From an uncultured Methanomassiliicoccales archaeon (GTDB lineage Archaea > Thermoplasmatota > Thermoplasmata > Methanomassiliicoccales > JAAEEP01), in the NCBI GenBank assembly GCA_964594225.1, contig CAZQLP010000003.1, positions 1-44,013 of the forward strand: DNA of 44,013 bases, read 5' to 3'. Numbering within the stretch: position 1 is the stretch's first letter; each line of letters starts with the position of its first letter. Made by a program: the position numbers and the translations under genes. The notes beneath the pieces were generated by a model. The model was not told the origin of the DNA. It saw only the letters and a list, made by a program, of their open reading frames with translations, and did not search any database. Positions 24,766 through 33,860 of the stretch are shown here, one piece after another.

Positions 24766-25188
24766 ATGTTGGATCATCTAGACGAGAAAATCATTGAAAT
24801 CCTCAAGAAGGATTCGAGACGGCCCTTCGTAGACATCGCAAACCAGCTCAAGGTTTCCGAGGGAACGATCAGAAGCAGGGTCAGGAAGCTGGTGGACGAG
24901 GAGATCATCCAGAGTTTCACAATCAAGACCAGCAGCAAGAACGTAAAGGCGATAATCGAGATAGAGATAGACGTGAACGTCAACACCACGGAGGTGGCCT
25001 CCGAGATAGCGAAGTTCAACGGAGTGTCCGAGGTGTTCGAGGTCACTGGTGAGGAGGATATCGTGGCGATCACTGACGTGGCATCCTCTCCCCAGCTCAA
25101 CGAGATCATCGAGAAAATCCGCAAGTTCAACAACGTCCAATCCACGAGAACCCGGTTAATATTGAAGGAACACTTCGGGGGAGATTGA
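24766..25188 (+). CDS. lrp: Lrp/AsnC-family transcriptional regulator
   Basis: LDEKIIEILKKDSRRPFVDIANQLKVSEGTIRSRVRKLVDEEII (HTH) plus a C-terminal RAM/ACT-like domain. Confidence 0.85.
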   Translation: MLDHLDEKIIEILKKDSRRPFVDIANQLKVSEGTIRSRVRKLVDEEIIQSFTIKTSSKNVKAIIEIEIDVNVNTTEVASEIAKFNGVSEVFEVTGEEDIVAITDVASSPQLNEIIEKIRKFNNVQSTRTRLILKEHFGGD

Positions 25189-26061
25189 TTGTTCAAGGGG
25201 TGCGCAACGGCGATCATCACCCCCTTCACGAAGGAGGGGGAGATCGACGAAGCCGGTCTCAGGGAGCTGGTCGAGTTCCAGGAGAGCGGGGGAGTGGACG
25301 CGATCGTCCCCTGCGGCACCACCGGCGAGTCGGCCACCCTCAACTTCGAGGAGCATCTCAGGATCATAGAGATCGTCATCGACCAGGTGAAGAGCGCCAA
25401 GGTCATCGCGGGTACGGGGAGCAACGCCACCCACGAGGCCGTGGAGCTCAGCAGGAGTGCCCATGACATGGGGGCGGACTACCTGCTGTCCATTACCCCG
25501 TACTACAACAAACCCACCCCCAAGGGAATGGTCAAGCACTTCACGACCATCGCCGAGGCCGTGGACACCCCCCTGATCGTCTACAACGTCCCGAGCAGGA
25601 CCGGGGTGAACCTGGGACCCCAGACAGTACTGGAACTGGCCCAGATTCCTGGTATAGAGGGGATAAAGGAGGCAAGCGGCAGCATCGTGCAGGCGATGGA
25701 GATCATCCATGGGGCGCCGGAGGGATTCTCCGTGCTCTCTGGAGAAGACAGCATGACATTCCCCATCATGGCCGCTGGGGGGCAGGGAGTGATATCCGTT
25801 GCCTCCAACCTTGTCCCGAACATGATCAGCTCGATGGTGGGCAGCATGCTCCAGGGCGACCTTGAGGCAGCGAGGAAGCTGAACAGCAGACTGTCAAAGC
25901 TGTTCAGGCACCTGTTCCTTGAGACAAATCCAATACCGGTCAAGACCGCCTTGCACATGATGGGGAAGCCCTCGGGAAGCTTGAGGCTGCCCATGTGCGA
26001 GATGGAGGAGAGCAACCTTGAGGTCCTACGCGGAACCCTGATGGACCTTGGTCTCATTTGA
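25189..26061 (+). CDS. dapA: 4-hydroxy-tetrahydrodipicolinate synthase
   Basis: TTG start immediately after the lrp stop. ITPFTKEGEID, VPCGTTGES, TPYYNKPT, VYNVPSRTG and GIKEASG (Schiff-base Lys). Confidence 0.9.
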   Translation: MFKGCATAIITPFTKEGEIDEAGLRELVEFQESGGVDAIVPCGTTGESATLNFEEHLRIIEIVIDQVKSAKVIAGTGSNATHEAVELSRSAHDMGADYLLSITPYYNKPTPKGMVKHFTTIAEAVDTPLIVYNVPSRTGVNLGPQTVLELAQIPGIEGIKEASGSIVQAMEIIHGAPEGFSVLSGEDSMTFPIMAAGGQGVISVASNLVPNMISSMVGSMLQGDLEAARKLNSRLSKLFRHLFLETNPIPVKTALHMMGKPSGSLRLPMCEMEESNLEVLRGTLMDLGLI

Positions 26062-26075
26062 GGTGGATTGAGAAA

Positions 26076-26855
26076 ATGATTCACGTAGCCGTGGCAGGAG
26101 CCAGCGGCAAGCTGGGGAGCATGGTCTGCAGGTTAATCCAGTCCCATCCGGACATGAAGCTATCGGCCACCATCGTCTCCCCGAGAAACCCAAGGCTTGG
26201 GGAGGAGCTGTTTCCAGGGGTGGAGGCCGTGGGACCGGAGGACCTTGCCTCCACGCTGATGGGCATGGACGTGTACGTGGACCTCACCTCCCCATCCGCG
26301 GCGAAGGTTAACCTGCCCCAGGTCCCCGAGGCGGGGGTGAATGCGGTCGTGGGCACCACGGCCATACCGCAGGAAGCAATGGACGCATTCAGGACTGGCG
26401 TGCAGGATAATGACCTATCTGCGGTGGTCTCCCCCAACTTCTCGATCGGGGTCAACGTCTTCTGGAAGACCTGTGAAAACCTGGCCAGGGTGCTGAGCGA
26501 CTATGACGTCGAGATAATCGAGGTCCACCACAACATGAAGAAGGACGCGCCCTCCGGGACAGCGGTGAGAGCGGCAGGGATCATCTCCGAAGCCACCGGG
26601 ATCGGTGACATGGTCCACGGAAGGCAGGGCGAGGTCGGGGCCAGGAAGAGGGAGATCGGAATCCATGCCGTGAGGGCCGGCGATGTGGTGGGAGAGCATA
26701 CCGTGATATTCGCGGGCAATATGGAACGCCTTGAGCTGACCCACAGGGCACACTCCAGGGAGGCTTTCGCCGAGGGTTGCCTCACCGCCATCGACTGGGT
26801 TTCAGGGAGAAGGGACGGACAGGTCCACGGCATGTACGAGGTGCTTGGAATATGA
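26076..26855 (+). CDS. dapB: 4-hydroxy-tetrahydrodipicolinate reductase
   Basis: VAVAGASGKLG, SPNFSIGVN, IEVHHNMKKDAPSGTA and ELTHRAHSREAFA. The ATG at 26076 has GAGGTGG upstream. Confidence 0.9.
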   Translation: MIHVAVAGASGKLGSMVCRLIQSHPDMKLSATIVSPRNPRLGEELFPGVEAVGPEDLASTLMGMDVYVDLTSPSAAKVNLPQVPEAGVNAVVGTTAIPQEAMDAFRTGVQDNDLSAVVSPNFSIGVNVFWKTCENLARVLSDYDVEIIEVHHNMKKDAPSGTAVRAAGIISEATGIGDMVHGRQGEVGARKREIGIHAVRAGDVVGEHTVIFAGNMERLELTHRAHSREAFAEGCLTAIDWVSGRRDGQVHGMYEVLGI

Positions 26856-28210
26856 TCAAGGTGATGAAGTTCGGCGGGACCAGCATGGGATCGGTAGAGT
26901 CCCTGTCGAACGTGAGGGACATTGTGAGCGAGGAGCCCTGGGGGAAGGTGGTGGTGGTGGTCTCCGCGATGTCCGATGTCACCAACCTCCTGATCTCATG
27001 GATCGAGACCAGGGATCCTCCACTGGTGGAGTTGATGGATTCCCTGTACCAGAGGCACATGGATGTCATGGAATCACTTCTCTCGAAGGAGAGCATGACC
27101 GCCTACCGGGAAGATATCAGGATTCGCTTGGAGAAGCTCTCCGAGCTCATGTCCCATTACGGGCGGAACCCATCCAACGTGCTGGCGGATGCGATATCCA
27201 GCTGGGGGGAGAGACTGTCCTCCCTAAGCCTAGTTTGCATACTCAGGGACGCTGGCATGGATGCGGTGAGGCTCACCTCCGAGAGCGCGGGCATAGTGGC
27301 GAAGGGACACCCAGGCAGCGGGACATGCGACCTGGAGGTGACTAGCGAGAACCTCAAGAAGAGCGTGCTTCACCTGTTGAACGAAGGGAAGACCGTGGTG
27401 ATCACCGGCTACTACGGCATAGACGAGGCGGGCCACCCCCTGACATTGGGAAGGGGGGGTTCGGATTACTCCGCCGCGGTGGTGGCATATGCCCTGGACG
27501 CCGATCTCCTGGAGATATGGACGGACGTGGACGGTTTCATGACCGCGGATCCGAGACTGGTGGAGAATGCCAAGACGATAGAGGAGATGAACTATACCGA
27601 AGCGGCGGAACTGGCCTACTTCGGTGCCAAGGTCCTGCATGCCAGGACAATGGAACCTGCCCGGCAGAAGGGCATACTCATCCGGGTGAGGAACACGTTC
27701 AACCCCGAGGGCATGGGGACATCCATCCACCATCTGAGAGCGAGGGAGGGGGGAATGCTGAGAGGCGTGGCCTTCAAACCCGATCTCTCAGTGATCAAGA
27801 TATACTCCTCGGAGATAGTCTACGACCCGCAGCTGGTGTGCAAGATAATAAGTTCGATATCCGGTAACGGGGTCAGCACGTACGCCATGTCCACCTCGCT
27901 CTCCACGCTGGCGGTGGCGATCCATTCCTCCGCGGTGGCGGAGACGCTGGCCTCCCTCAATGCCCTGGAGGACGGTCAGATCGAGAGGATCAAGGTCAAG
28001 GACAACGTCTGCCTGGTCTGCGCCGTGGGGGACAACATGATCGACATCCCCGGCGTGGCGGCCAGGATATTCGATGCGGTCGAACATGCCGGGGCCAACG
28101 TGGAGATGATCTCGGAGGGCGCCTCGGACGTCGCGCTGAACTTCGTGGTCTCCAGCCAGGCCTCTGGATCTGTGGTGAGGAAGCTTCACAGCATGTTCAT
28201 CGGTGATTAG
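26852..28210 (+). CDS. lysC: Aspartate kinase (monofunctional, with C-terminal ACT domains)
   Basis: MIKVMKFGGTSMGS, LGRGGSDYSA, IWTDVDGFMTADPR and YFGAKVLH. ATGA overlap with the dapB stop. The track's upstream extension to 26777 is rejected. Confidence 0.9.
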   Translation: MIKVMKFGGTSMGSVESLSNVRDIVSEEPWGKVVVVVSAMSDVTNLLISWIETRDPPLVELMDSLYQRHMDVMESLLSKESMTAYREDIRIRLEKLSELMSHYGRNPSNVLADAISSWGERLSSLSLVCILRDAGMDAVRLTSESAGIVAKGHPGSGTCDLEVTSENLKKSVLHLLNEGKTVVITGYYGIDEAGHPLTLGRGGSDYSAAVVAYALDADLLEIWTDVDGFMTADPRLVENAKTIEEMNYTEAAELAYFGAKVLHARTMEPARQKGILIRVRNTFNPEGMGTSIHHLRAREGGMLRGVAFKPDLSVIKIYSSEIVYDPQLVCKIISSISGNGVSTYAMSTSLSTLAVAIHSSAVAETLASLNALEDGQIERIKVKDNVCLVCAVGDNMIDIPGVAARIFDAVEHAGANVEMISEGASDVALNFVVSSQASGSVVRKLHSMFIGD

Positions 28211-28211
28211 G

Positions 28212-29471
28212 ATGAGAAAGTTCGAGTGCGTTGACGACAACATGATGATCGGCGGGCTCCCCGCAACGGAGATAGCGGAGCGCTTCGGCACCCCCGTGTT
28301 CGTGACCGATGAGGCAGCGGTGAGAGGCAACTACAGGAAGATATGGAAGGCGTTCAACGGGCACATGCCGACACGCATCCACTACGCCTGCAAGGCCAAC
28401 GCGAACCTGGCCATCCTCAGAATACTGGAACAAGAGGGATGCTGCATAGACGCCGTCTCCCTGGGGGAGGTGGATACCTGCATCAGGGCCGGCTTCGCCC
28501 CCGGCAGGATACTGTACACCGGCGTATCGGTCTCCAACCGCGAGCTTGAGGGCGTAACGGCTAGGGAGGTGATGATCAACATCGACTCCCTCTCCGAGAT
28601 GAGAAGACTGGGCAATATCGTCACCGGCATGCCCGTTTCAATCAGGATCAATCCCACCGTGGGATCGGGGCATCACGCGAAGGTGGTGACCGGTGTCAGG
28701 GGTACCAAGTTCGGTGTGCCCAAGGATCAGGTAATCTCCGCGTATCGGGAAGCCCTGGATCTTGGCTTCGAGCCCGTGGGAATCCACGCCCACACCGGGT
28801 CCGGGGGACTGGTTATCGAGCCGTTCAAGGAGGTCGCCCAGGTCCTGGTGGATTTCGCCAACGAGCTGGAGGAGAAATTGGGCATATCCCTCGACTTCCT
28901 GGACATTGGTGGTGGCATCGGCATACCGTACAGACCGGAGGAGAAGGAACTGGACATCGAGTTCCTGGCGGGCGAGATCACCTCGATCGTCAAGGACGGT
29001 TCGTCCATCAGGAGAATCGCCATCGAACCGGGGAGGTTCATCGTTGCCGACAGCACGGTGCTCCTGACCCGTGTCCACGACATCAAGGATGCTGGCGAGA
29101 GGCGGTTCCTGGGTGTAGACGCCGGATTCAACACGCTGATCCGACCGGCCTTCTACGACTCGTACCATCACGCGGCGGTGGCGAACAAGTTCTCGCTACC
29201 GGGCGAGCTTGAGTACGATATCGTGGGACCCATCTGCGAGACGGGGGATTATCTGGCCAAGGACCGTCTCCTGCCCAGGGTGGATGAGGGGGATGTGATG
29301 GCGATCTACGACGTCGGCGCCTACGGCTTCGTCATGAGCTCCCAGTACAACTCCCGCCCCAGGTGCAGGGAGGTGCTGGTCAACGGGGATAACGCAAGCC
29401 TGATAAGGGAGGCGGAGAGCCTGGATGATATGTTCCGACATCAGAGGATACCCTCGAGGCTGATGCTATGA
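28212..29471 (+). CDS. lysA: Diaminopimelate decarboxylase
   Basis: YACKANANLAIL (PLP Lys), HAHTGSG, DIGGGIGIPY, EPGRFIVA, GPICETGD and YGFVMSSQYNSRPR. The ATG lies 1 nt after the lysC stop. Confidence 0.9.
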   Translation: MRKFECVDDNMMIGGLPATEIAERFGTPVFVTDEAAVRGNYRKIWKAFNGHMPTRIHYACKANANLAILRILEQEGCCIDAVSLGEVDTCIRAGFAPGRILYTGVSVSNRELEGVTAREVMINIDSLSEMRRLGNIVTGMPVSIRINPTVGSGHHAKVVTGVRGTKFGVPKDQVISAYREALDLGFEPVGIHAHTGSGGLVIEPFKEVAQVLVDFANELEEKLGISLDFLDIGGGIGIPYRPEEKELDIEFLAGEITSIVKDGSSIRRIAIEPGRFIVADSTVLLTRVHDIKDAGERRFLGVDAGFNTLIRPAFYDSYHHAAVANKFSLPGELEYDIVGPICETGDYLAKDRLLPRVDEGDVMAIYDVGAYGFVMSSQYNSRPRCREVLVNGDNASLIREAESLDDMFRHQRIPSRLML

Positions 29472-30316
29472 GATTCTGGAAGTATCAGGGGATCGGGAAC
29501 GACTTCATCATCCTGGAGGATTGGAACGACGATGCCCCCAAGGACCCTGGATTTGTGGTCAAGACCTGCGACCGCAACTTCGGGGTGGGCGCTGACGGCA
29601 TCCTCTACCTTGGCAAGAGCGATCGGGCGAACTGCAGGATGCGGATGATGAACCCCGACGGGACGGAGTCCGAGATGTGCGGGAACGGCATCCGCTGCCT
29701 GGCCAAGCACTACTATGACTTCCACGAGAAGATGGAGAGGATGACCGTTGACACCCTGGCGGGGATCCTCACCCTGGATCTCAAGATGGGGGAGGGCGAG
29801 GGCACCGAGGTCACGGTCAACATGGGGCCGCCCAGGCTCAGGTGTCCGGAGATACCAATGGACTGCAGGGACCTGTCGGTAGACGATGAGGGGAGGTTCA
29901 TCGAATCGAACATCCTGGTGGACGGGAGGGCGATCAGGGGATCCGCCGTCTCCATGGGGAATCCCCACTTCATCACCTTCGAGGAGTTCAGCAAGGAGGA
30001 GCTGGTCAAGCTGGGACCACGCATCGAGAGGCATGGCCTGTTCCCCAAGAGGACGAACGTGGAGTTCGCCTCCATTGACGAGGGGGGGCTGAGCGTGCGG
30101 GTATTCGAGCGCGGGACAGGGTGGACTCTGGCCTGCGGGACCGGGGCATGTGCCACTGTGGTGGCCGCCGCGGTCACCGGGAGGGTACCGTACGACGAGG
30201 AGGTCAGGATCAGACTAACCGGAGGAGAGCTCTGGATCAAGGTCCCCAGGGACCTATCGGCCGCCTACATGAGGGGACCAGCGCACAGGGTCTTCTCGGG
30301 AGAGCTGGAGGATTGA
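29468..30316 (+). CDS. dapF: Diaminopimelate epimerase
   Basis: KYQGIGNDFII, NPDGTESEMCGNGIRC (Cys 1), MGNPHF and TLACGTGACA (Cys 2). ATGA overlap with lysA. Confidence 0.9.
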   Translation: MRFWKYQGIGNDFIILEDWNDDAPKDPGFVVKTCDRNFGVGADGILYLGKSDRANCRMRMMNPDGTESEMCGNGIRCLAKHYYDFHEKMERMTVDTLAGILTLDLKMGEGEGTEVTVNMGPPRLRCPEIPMDCRDLSVDDEGRFIESNILVDGRAIRGSAVSMGNPHFITFEEFSKEELVKLGPRIERHGLFPKRTNVEFASIDEGGLSVRVFERGTGWTLACGTGACATVVAAAVTGRVPYDEEVRIRLTGGELWIKVPRDLSAAYMRGPAHRVFSGELED

Positions 30317-30321
30317 CGAAC

Positions 30322-31473
30322 ATGACATTTGAATTCGCCTCAAGGCTGAAGGCCCTTCCTCCCTACCTCTTTGCCAAGATGGAGGAACAGGCGGCAATGA
30401 AGAGGGCCGAGGGAGTGGACCTGATCGACTTCGGCATCGGCGACCCGGACATCCCCACCCCCAGCGAGATCGTGGGCATTGTGCAGGAGGAGGTGGCCAA
30501 CCCGGAGAACCACACCTATCCCAGCAGCCAGGGCGAGCGGGTGACCAGGGAGGCGATCGCCGATTGGTACCTGAGGAGATTTGGAGTGGATGTCGACCCC
30601 GACACGCAGGTGTGCGTGCTCCTGGGCAGCAAGGAAGGCCTCGCCAACGTGTGCAGGGCGTTCGTGAACTCGGGGGAGAGGGTCATCACCCCCGATCCCG
30701 CCTACCCGGTCTACGCTCAAGGAGGGGCCCTTCTGACGGACGCGCTGCCGGTCAAGGCCCCGCTCCTGGAGGAGAACGGGTTCATGATGGACATCTCCCT
30801 CCTTCCCGGTGACGCCAGGATGATGTACATGAACTACCCCAACAATCCCACCGGGGCCATAGCGACGGACGCATTCCTCGAGGAGATGTTGGAATGGTGC
30901 GACGAGACCCATACCATCATGTGCTACGACAACGCCTACTCGGAGATCACCTTCGACGACTACGTCGCGCCCAGCATTCTTGAGTTCGGCGACAATGCCA
31001 TAGAGTTTGGCTCCCTGAGCAAGACATTCAACATGACCGGTTACCGGCTGGGGTACGCAGTCGGCTCCACGGATCTCATCGCCGGTCTCATGAAGGTCAA
31101 GTCGCAGATAGACTCCGGGGCACCGAAGTTCATCCAGAGCGCGGCCACAAGGGCCCTTTCAGAGTACATTGGAAGGGAGAGGCCGGCCATGGTCCAGAGA
31201 AGCTGCGACATATACCAGGAGAGGAGGGACGTGCTGGTCGAGGGACTGAAAGGATTCGGGTTCGAGATCTCAGCACCCAAGGCCACCTTCTACCTCTGGC
31301 TGAATGTTGGAGGGGACAGCATGGAGTTCACCAGGAGGATGATGGACGCGGGTGTTGTGGTCACCCCAGGTATCGGATTCGGACAGCATGGCAGGGGCTT
31401 TGTCAGGCTGGCGCTCACCCGATCCGTGGACAGGGTGAGAGAGGCGCTGGAAAGGATGGAGAGCGTGATCTAG
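30322..31473 (+). CDS. dapL: Class I/II aminotransferase, probably LL-diaminopimelate aminotransferase (DapL)
   Basis: ALPPYLFAKMEE, NPNNPTG and SLSKTFNMTGYRLGY (PLP Lys). The dapL assignment rests on its position as the last gene of a dapA-dapB-lysC-lysA-dapF operon with no dapD, dapC or dapE. Start at 30322; the track's 30121 extension is rejected. Confidence 0.7.
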   Translation: MTFEFASRLKALPPYLFAKMEEQAAMKRAEGVDLIDFGIGDPDIPTPSEIVGIVQEEVANPENHTYPSSQGERVTREAIADWYLRRFGVDVDPDTQVCVLLGSKEGLANVCRAFVNSGERVITPDPAYPVYAQGGALLTDALPVKAPLLEENGFMMDISLLPGDARMMYMNYPNNPTGAIATDAFLEEMLEWCDETHTIMCYDNAYSEITFDDYVAPSILEFGDNAIEFGSLSKTFNMTGYRLGYAVGSTDLIAGLMKVKSQIDSGAPKFIQSAATRALSEYIGRERPAMVQRSCDIYQERRDVLVEGLKGFGFEISAPKATFYLWLNVGGDSMEFTRRMMDAGVVVTPGIGFGQHGRGFVRLALTRSVDRVREALERMESVI

Positions 31474-31576
31474 TCCTGTCATCCCAGAGCCCGTCGCTTC
31501 CACCAGAAATCTTCACGAATGACCTCATGATCCCATCCTGCGATGGAGGGAAGCGGCTTGGCACACATCCTGGTTC

Positions 31577-32794
31577 TCACTTCCGGGCGGCCTTCAGGGC
31601 CTCCACCACTGGAAGAGGCTCTCCCCTCAGGTAGGTCTCTAGCGCACCGCCCCCGGTGCTGACATAGGAGAATTGATCCGCCAGACCCAGTCTGTTGACC
31701 ATGCCCACGGTGTGGCCCCCGCCCACCATCGAGAACGCGCTGGACTCCGCGGCGGTGAACATCAGCTCCCTGGTGCCCAGCGAGAACTCCTCCCGTTCGA
31801 TCATGCCAGCGGGACCAGAGATGAATATGGTCCTCGCGGACCTGAGGACCTTGCAGAACTTGGAGATGGACCTTTCACCGATATCCAACGCGGGAAAGGG
31901 GGAGGGCAGATCGCTCACCATCACGTTCACCCTTCTTCCGCCATCGTCGACCGCAACGTCGAAGGGGAGCATTATCCTATCACCCCAGGCCATCAGCAGA
32001 TCCCTTGCCTCATCAAGCAGCCCGGGGGTCATCTCCCCCGCCAGGAGCTTCTCCGACGGCGGCCCGAGGTCCACCCCCCGGGCCTTCAGAAGGAAGTTGG
32101 CACAGGCCCCAGTTACCATCACCCAGCTGGCCTTGTCATCGCCCAGCAGCCTGTCGATCACCCTGACGGCGTCGGAGTACTTGACCCCTCCGAACACGAA
32201 GACGGATGGTTTCTCGGGCTCGTCGAACACGCTGGTCAAAGCGGCAAGCTCCCTCTCCATCAGCCTTCCGGCGGCCGAGGGGAGCCTTGCCTGGAATCCC
32301 ACCAGCGAGCACTGGGAGCGATGCGATGCCGCGAACGCGTCGTTGATGTAGAGATCCGCGAGCGGTGCCAGGGCGTTCACCAGCTCGGAGTCGGCATGCT
32401 CCTCCATGCTCTTCTCCTCCATCTCGCACTTTAGCTCCCGCACGTTCGCGAGGAGCACCGCCTGTCCCATTTCCAGGGAACAGACCGCCTCCCTCGCCTT
32501 CTCTCCCAGCAGATCGTTCACGTACGTCACCCCGTGCACCGTGCAGGATGATAGTATCTCCGCGTGCCTATCCAGGGAGGTGAAGTCCCAGCTGCCGGGA
32601 CGCCCCTGGTGGCCGAGTATGACCACCTTCGCCCCCTTGTCGAGCAGCTCGTCCAGGGTGGGCATGATCATCCTCACCCGGTTGTCGTCCTCGATCTCAA
32701 GGGTCTCCCTGTTCAGGGGAAGGTTGATGTCCACCCTCAGTATGACCGTTCTTCCGCTGACATCGAAGTCATCGATAGTGTTGAAGTCCCGCAT
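31577..32794 (-). CDS. pgk: Phosphoglycerate kinase
   Basis: RVDINLPL, LGHQGRP, AFAASHR, GGVKYSD and VSTGGGA. It starts 11 nt after the type I gap stop, with GAGGTG upstream. Confidence 0.9.
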   Translation of the reverse strand: MRDFNTIDDFDVSGRTVILRVDINLPLNRETLEIEDDNRVRMIMPTLDELLDKGAKVVILGHQGRPGSWDFTSLDRHAEILSSCTVHGVTYVNDLLGEKAREAVCSLEMGQAVLLANVRELKCEMEEKSMEEHADSELVNALAPLADLYINDAFAASHRSQCSLVGFQARLPSAAGRLMERELAALTSVFDEPEKPSVFVFGGVKYSDAVRVIDRLLGDDKASWVMVTGACANFLLKARGVDLGPPSEKLLAGEMTPGLLDEARDLLMAWGDRIMLPFDVAVDDGGRRVNVMVSDLPSPFPALDIGERSISKFCKVLRSARTIFISGPAGMIEREEFSLGTRELMFTAAESSAFSMVGGGHTVGMVNRLGLADQFSYVSTGGGALETYLRGEPLPVVEALKAARK

Positions 32795-32805
32795 TCCAGA
32801 GCACC

Positions 32806-33813
32806 TCAGATGAATGAGAGAAAGTCAACGAGCCTGTTCGCGTATCCCCACTCGTTGTCGTACCAGCATAGCACTTTCACTAGATTACCCTTTTCCCCTG
32901 ACACCAGCGTGCTGGGTGCGTCCATTATCGAGGACCTGGGATCGCCCACTATGTCCACTGACACCAGCGGATCCTCCGAGTAACCCAGGAAGCCGCTCAT
33001 CTCCCCCTCCGACGCCTTTCGCATGGTCTGGTTGACCTCGTCCCGGTCGGTGCCCTCTGCCAGATGGACGGTGAGGTCGGTGATGGACCCGTCCGGTACC
33101 GGCACCCTGAGCGCCATACCGTTGAGCTTGCCATCGAGCTCGGGCAGCACTTGAGAGATCATCCTCGCCGCCCCGGTGGTGGTGGGCACTATGGAGAGGG
33201 GGGCGGCCCTCGCCCTCCTGAGGTCAGTATGGGGGAAATCCAGGAGCCTCTGGTCCCCGGTGTACGCGTGCACCGTGGTCATCAGCCCCGAGATGATGTG
33301 GAACCGGTCGTTGAGCACCTTGGCAGGGAGCGCGACCGAGTTGGTGGTGCATGAGGCCATTGAGATGATGCGGTGATTGTCGGGATCGTAGGCGTCCAGG
33401 TTGGCGCCCAGGACCACAGTAATATCGGGTTGCTTGGAAGGAGCGGAGATAAGTACCTTGCCCGCCCCGGCATCAAGATGCTTCTGGCACCCCTCGCGAC
33501 CGGTGAAGAAGCCGGTGGACTCTATGACCACATCCACCTCCATGTCCCTCCAGGGCAGCTTCGACGGTTCCTTCTCGCTGGAGAACCTGATGTGATTCCC
33601 GTCCAGCAGGATCCCGTCCCTCGATGGCTCGATGTGATTGGGAAGAATACCGTGAACGGAATCGTACCTGAGCAGATAGGCCAGCGTCGGAGCGGTGGCC
33701 AGGTCATTCACCTGCACCACCCTGAAGTCCTTTCCGTATCCAGGGCGGGATATCGCCGCCCTCATGAAGGATCTGCCGATCCTTCCGAATCCATTGATCG
33801 CGACGTTCAGCAT
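32806..33813 (-). CDS. gap: Type I (bacterial/eukaryal-type) phosphorylating glyceraldehyde-3-phosphate dehydrogenase
   Basis: VAINGFGRIGR, ASCTTNS (catalytic Cys) and WYDNEWGY. Confidence 0.9.
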   Translation of the reverse strand: MLNVAINGFGRIGRSFMRAAISRPGYGKDFRVVQVNDLATAPTLAYLLRYDSVHGILPNHIEPSRDGILLDGNHIRFSSEKEPSKLPWRDMEVDVVIESTGFFTGREGCQKHLDAGAGKVLISAPSKQPDITVVLGANLDAYDPDNHRIISMASCTTNSVALPAKVLNDRFHIISGLMTTVHAYTGDQRLLDFPHTDLRRARAAPLSIVPTTTGAARMISQVLPELDGKLNGMALRVPVPDGSITDLTVHLAEGTDRDEVNQTMRKASEGEMSGFLGYSEDPLVSVDIVGDPRSSIMDAPSTLVSGEKGNLVKVLCWYDNEWGYANRLVDFLSFI

Positions 33814-33860
33814 GATAACCCGGTGTTAGAGGGAGGTGGTCGATTAAAATCCTTCTGCCC

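Noticed and set aside
26777-26851. N-terminal extensions in the ORF track. Examples: lysC from 26777, dapL from 30121, larA2 from 11784, FAD oxidoreductase from 6756, thiL from 11877, PyrE-like from 23508, HDAC from 36014, cyclophilin-like from 39238.
   Set aside because: The extensions overlap the preceding gene and are Arg/Gly-rich or otherwise non-homologous. Internal ATGs coincide with canonical family N-termini and with stop/start coupling. The track also uses TTG and GTG as M, which inflates ORF lengths.
31474-31576. Short hairpin CCATC-CTGC-GATGG between the convergent dapL and pgk genes as a possible bidirectional terminator
   Set aside because: It has only a 5-bp stem and no adjacent oligo-T tract of the kind archaeal terminators use. 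It is not distinguishable from chance.
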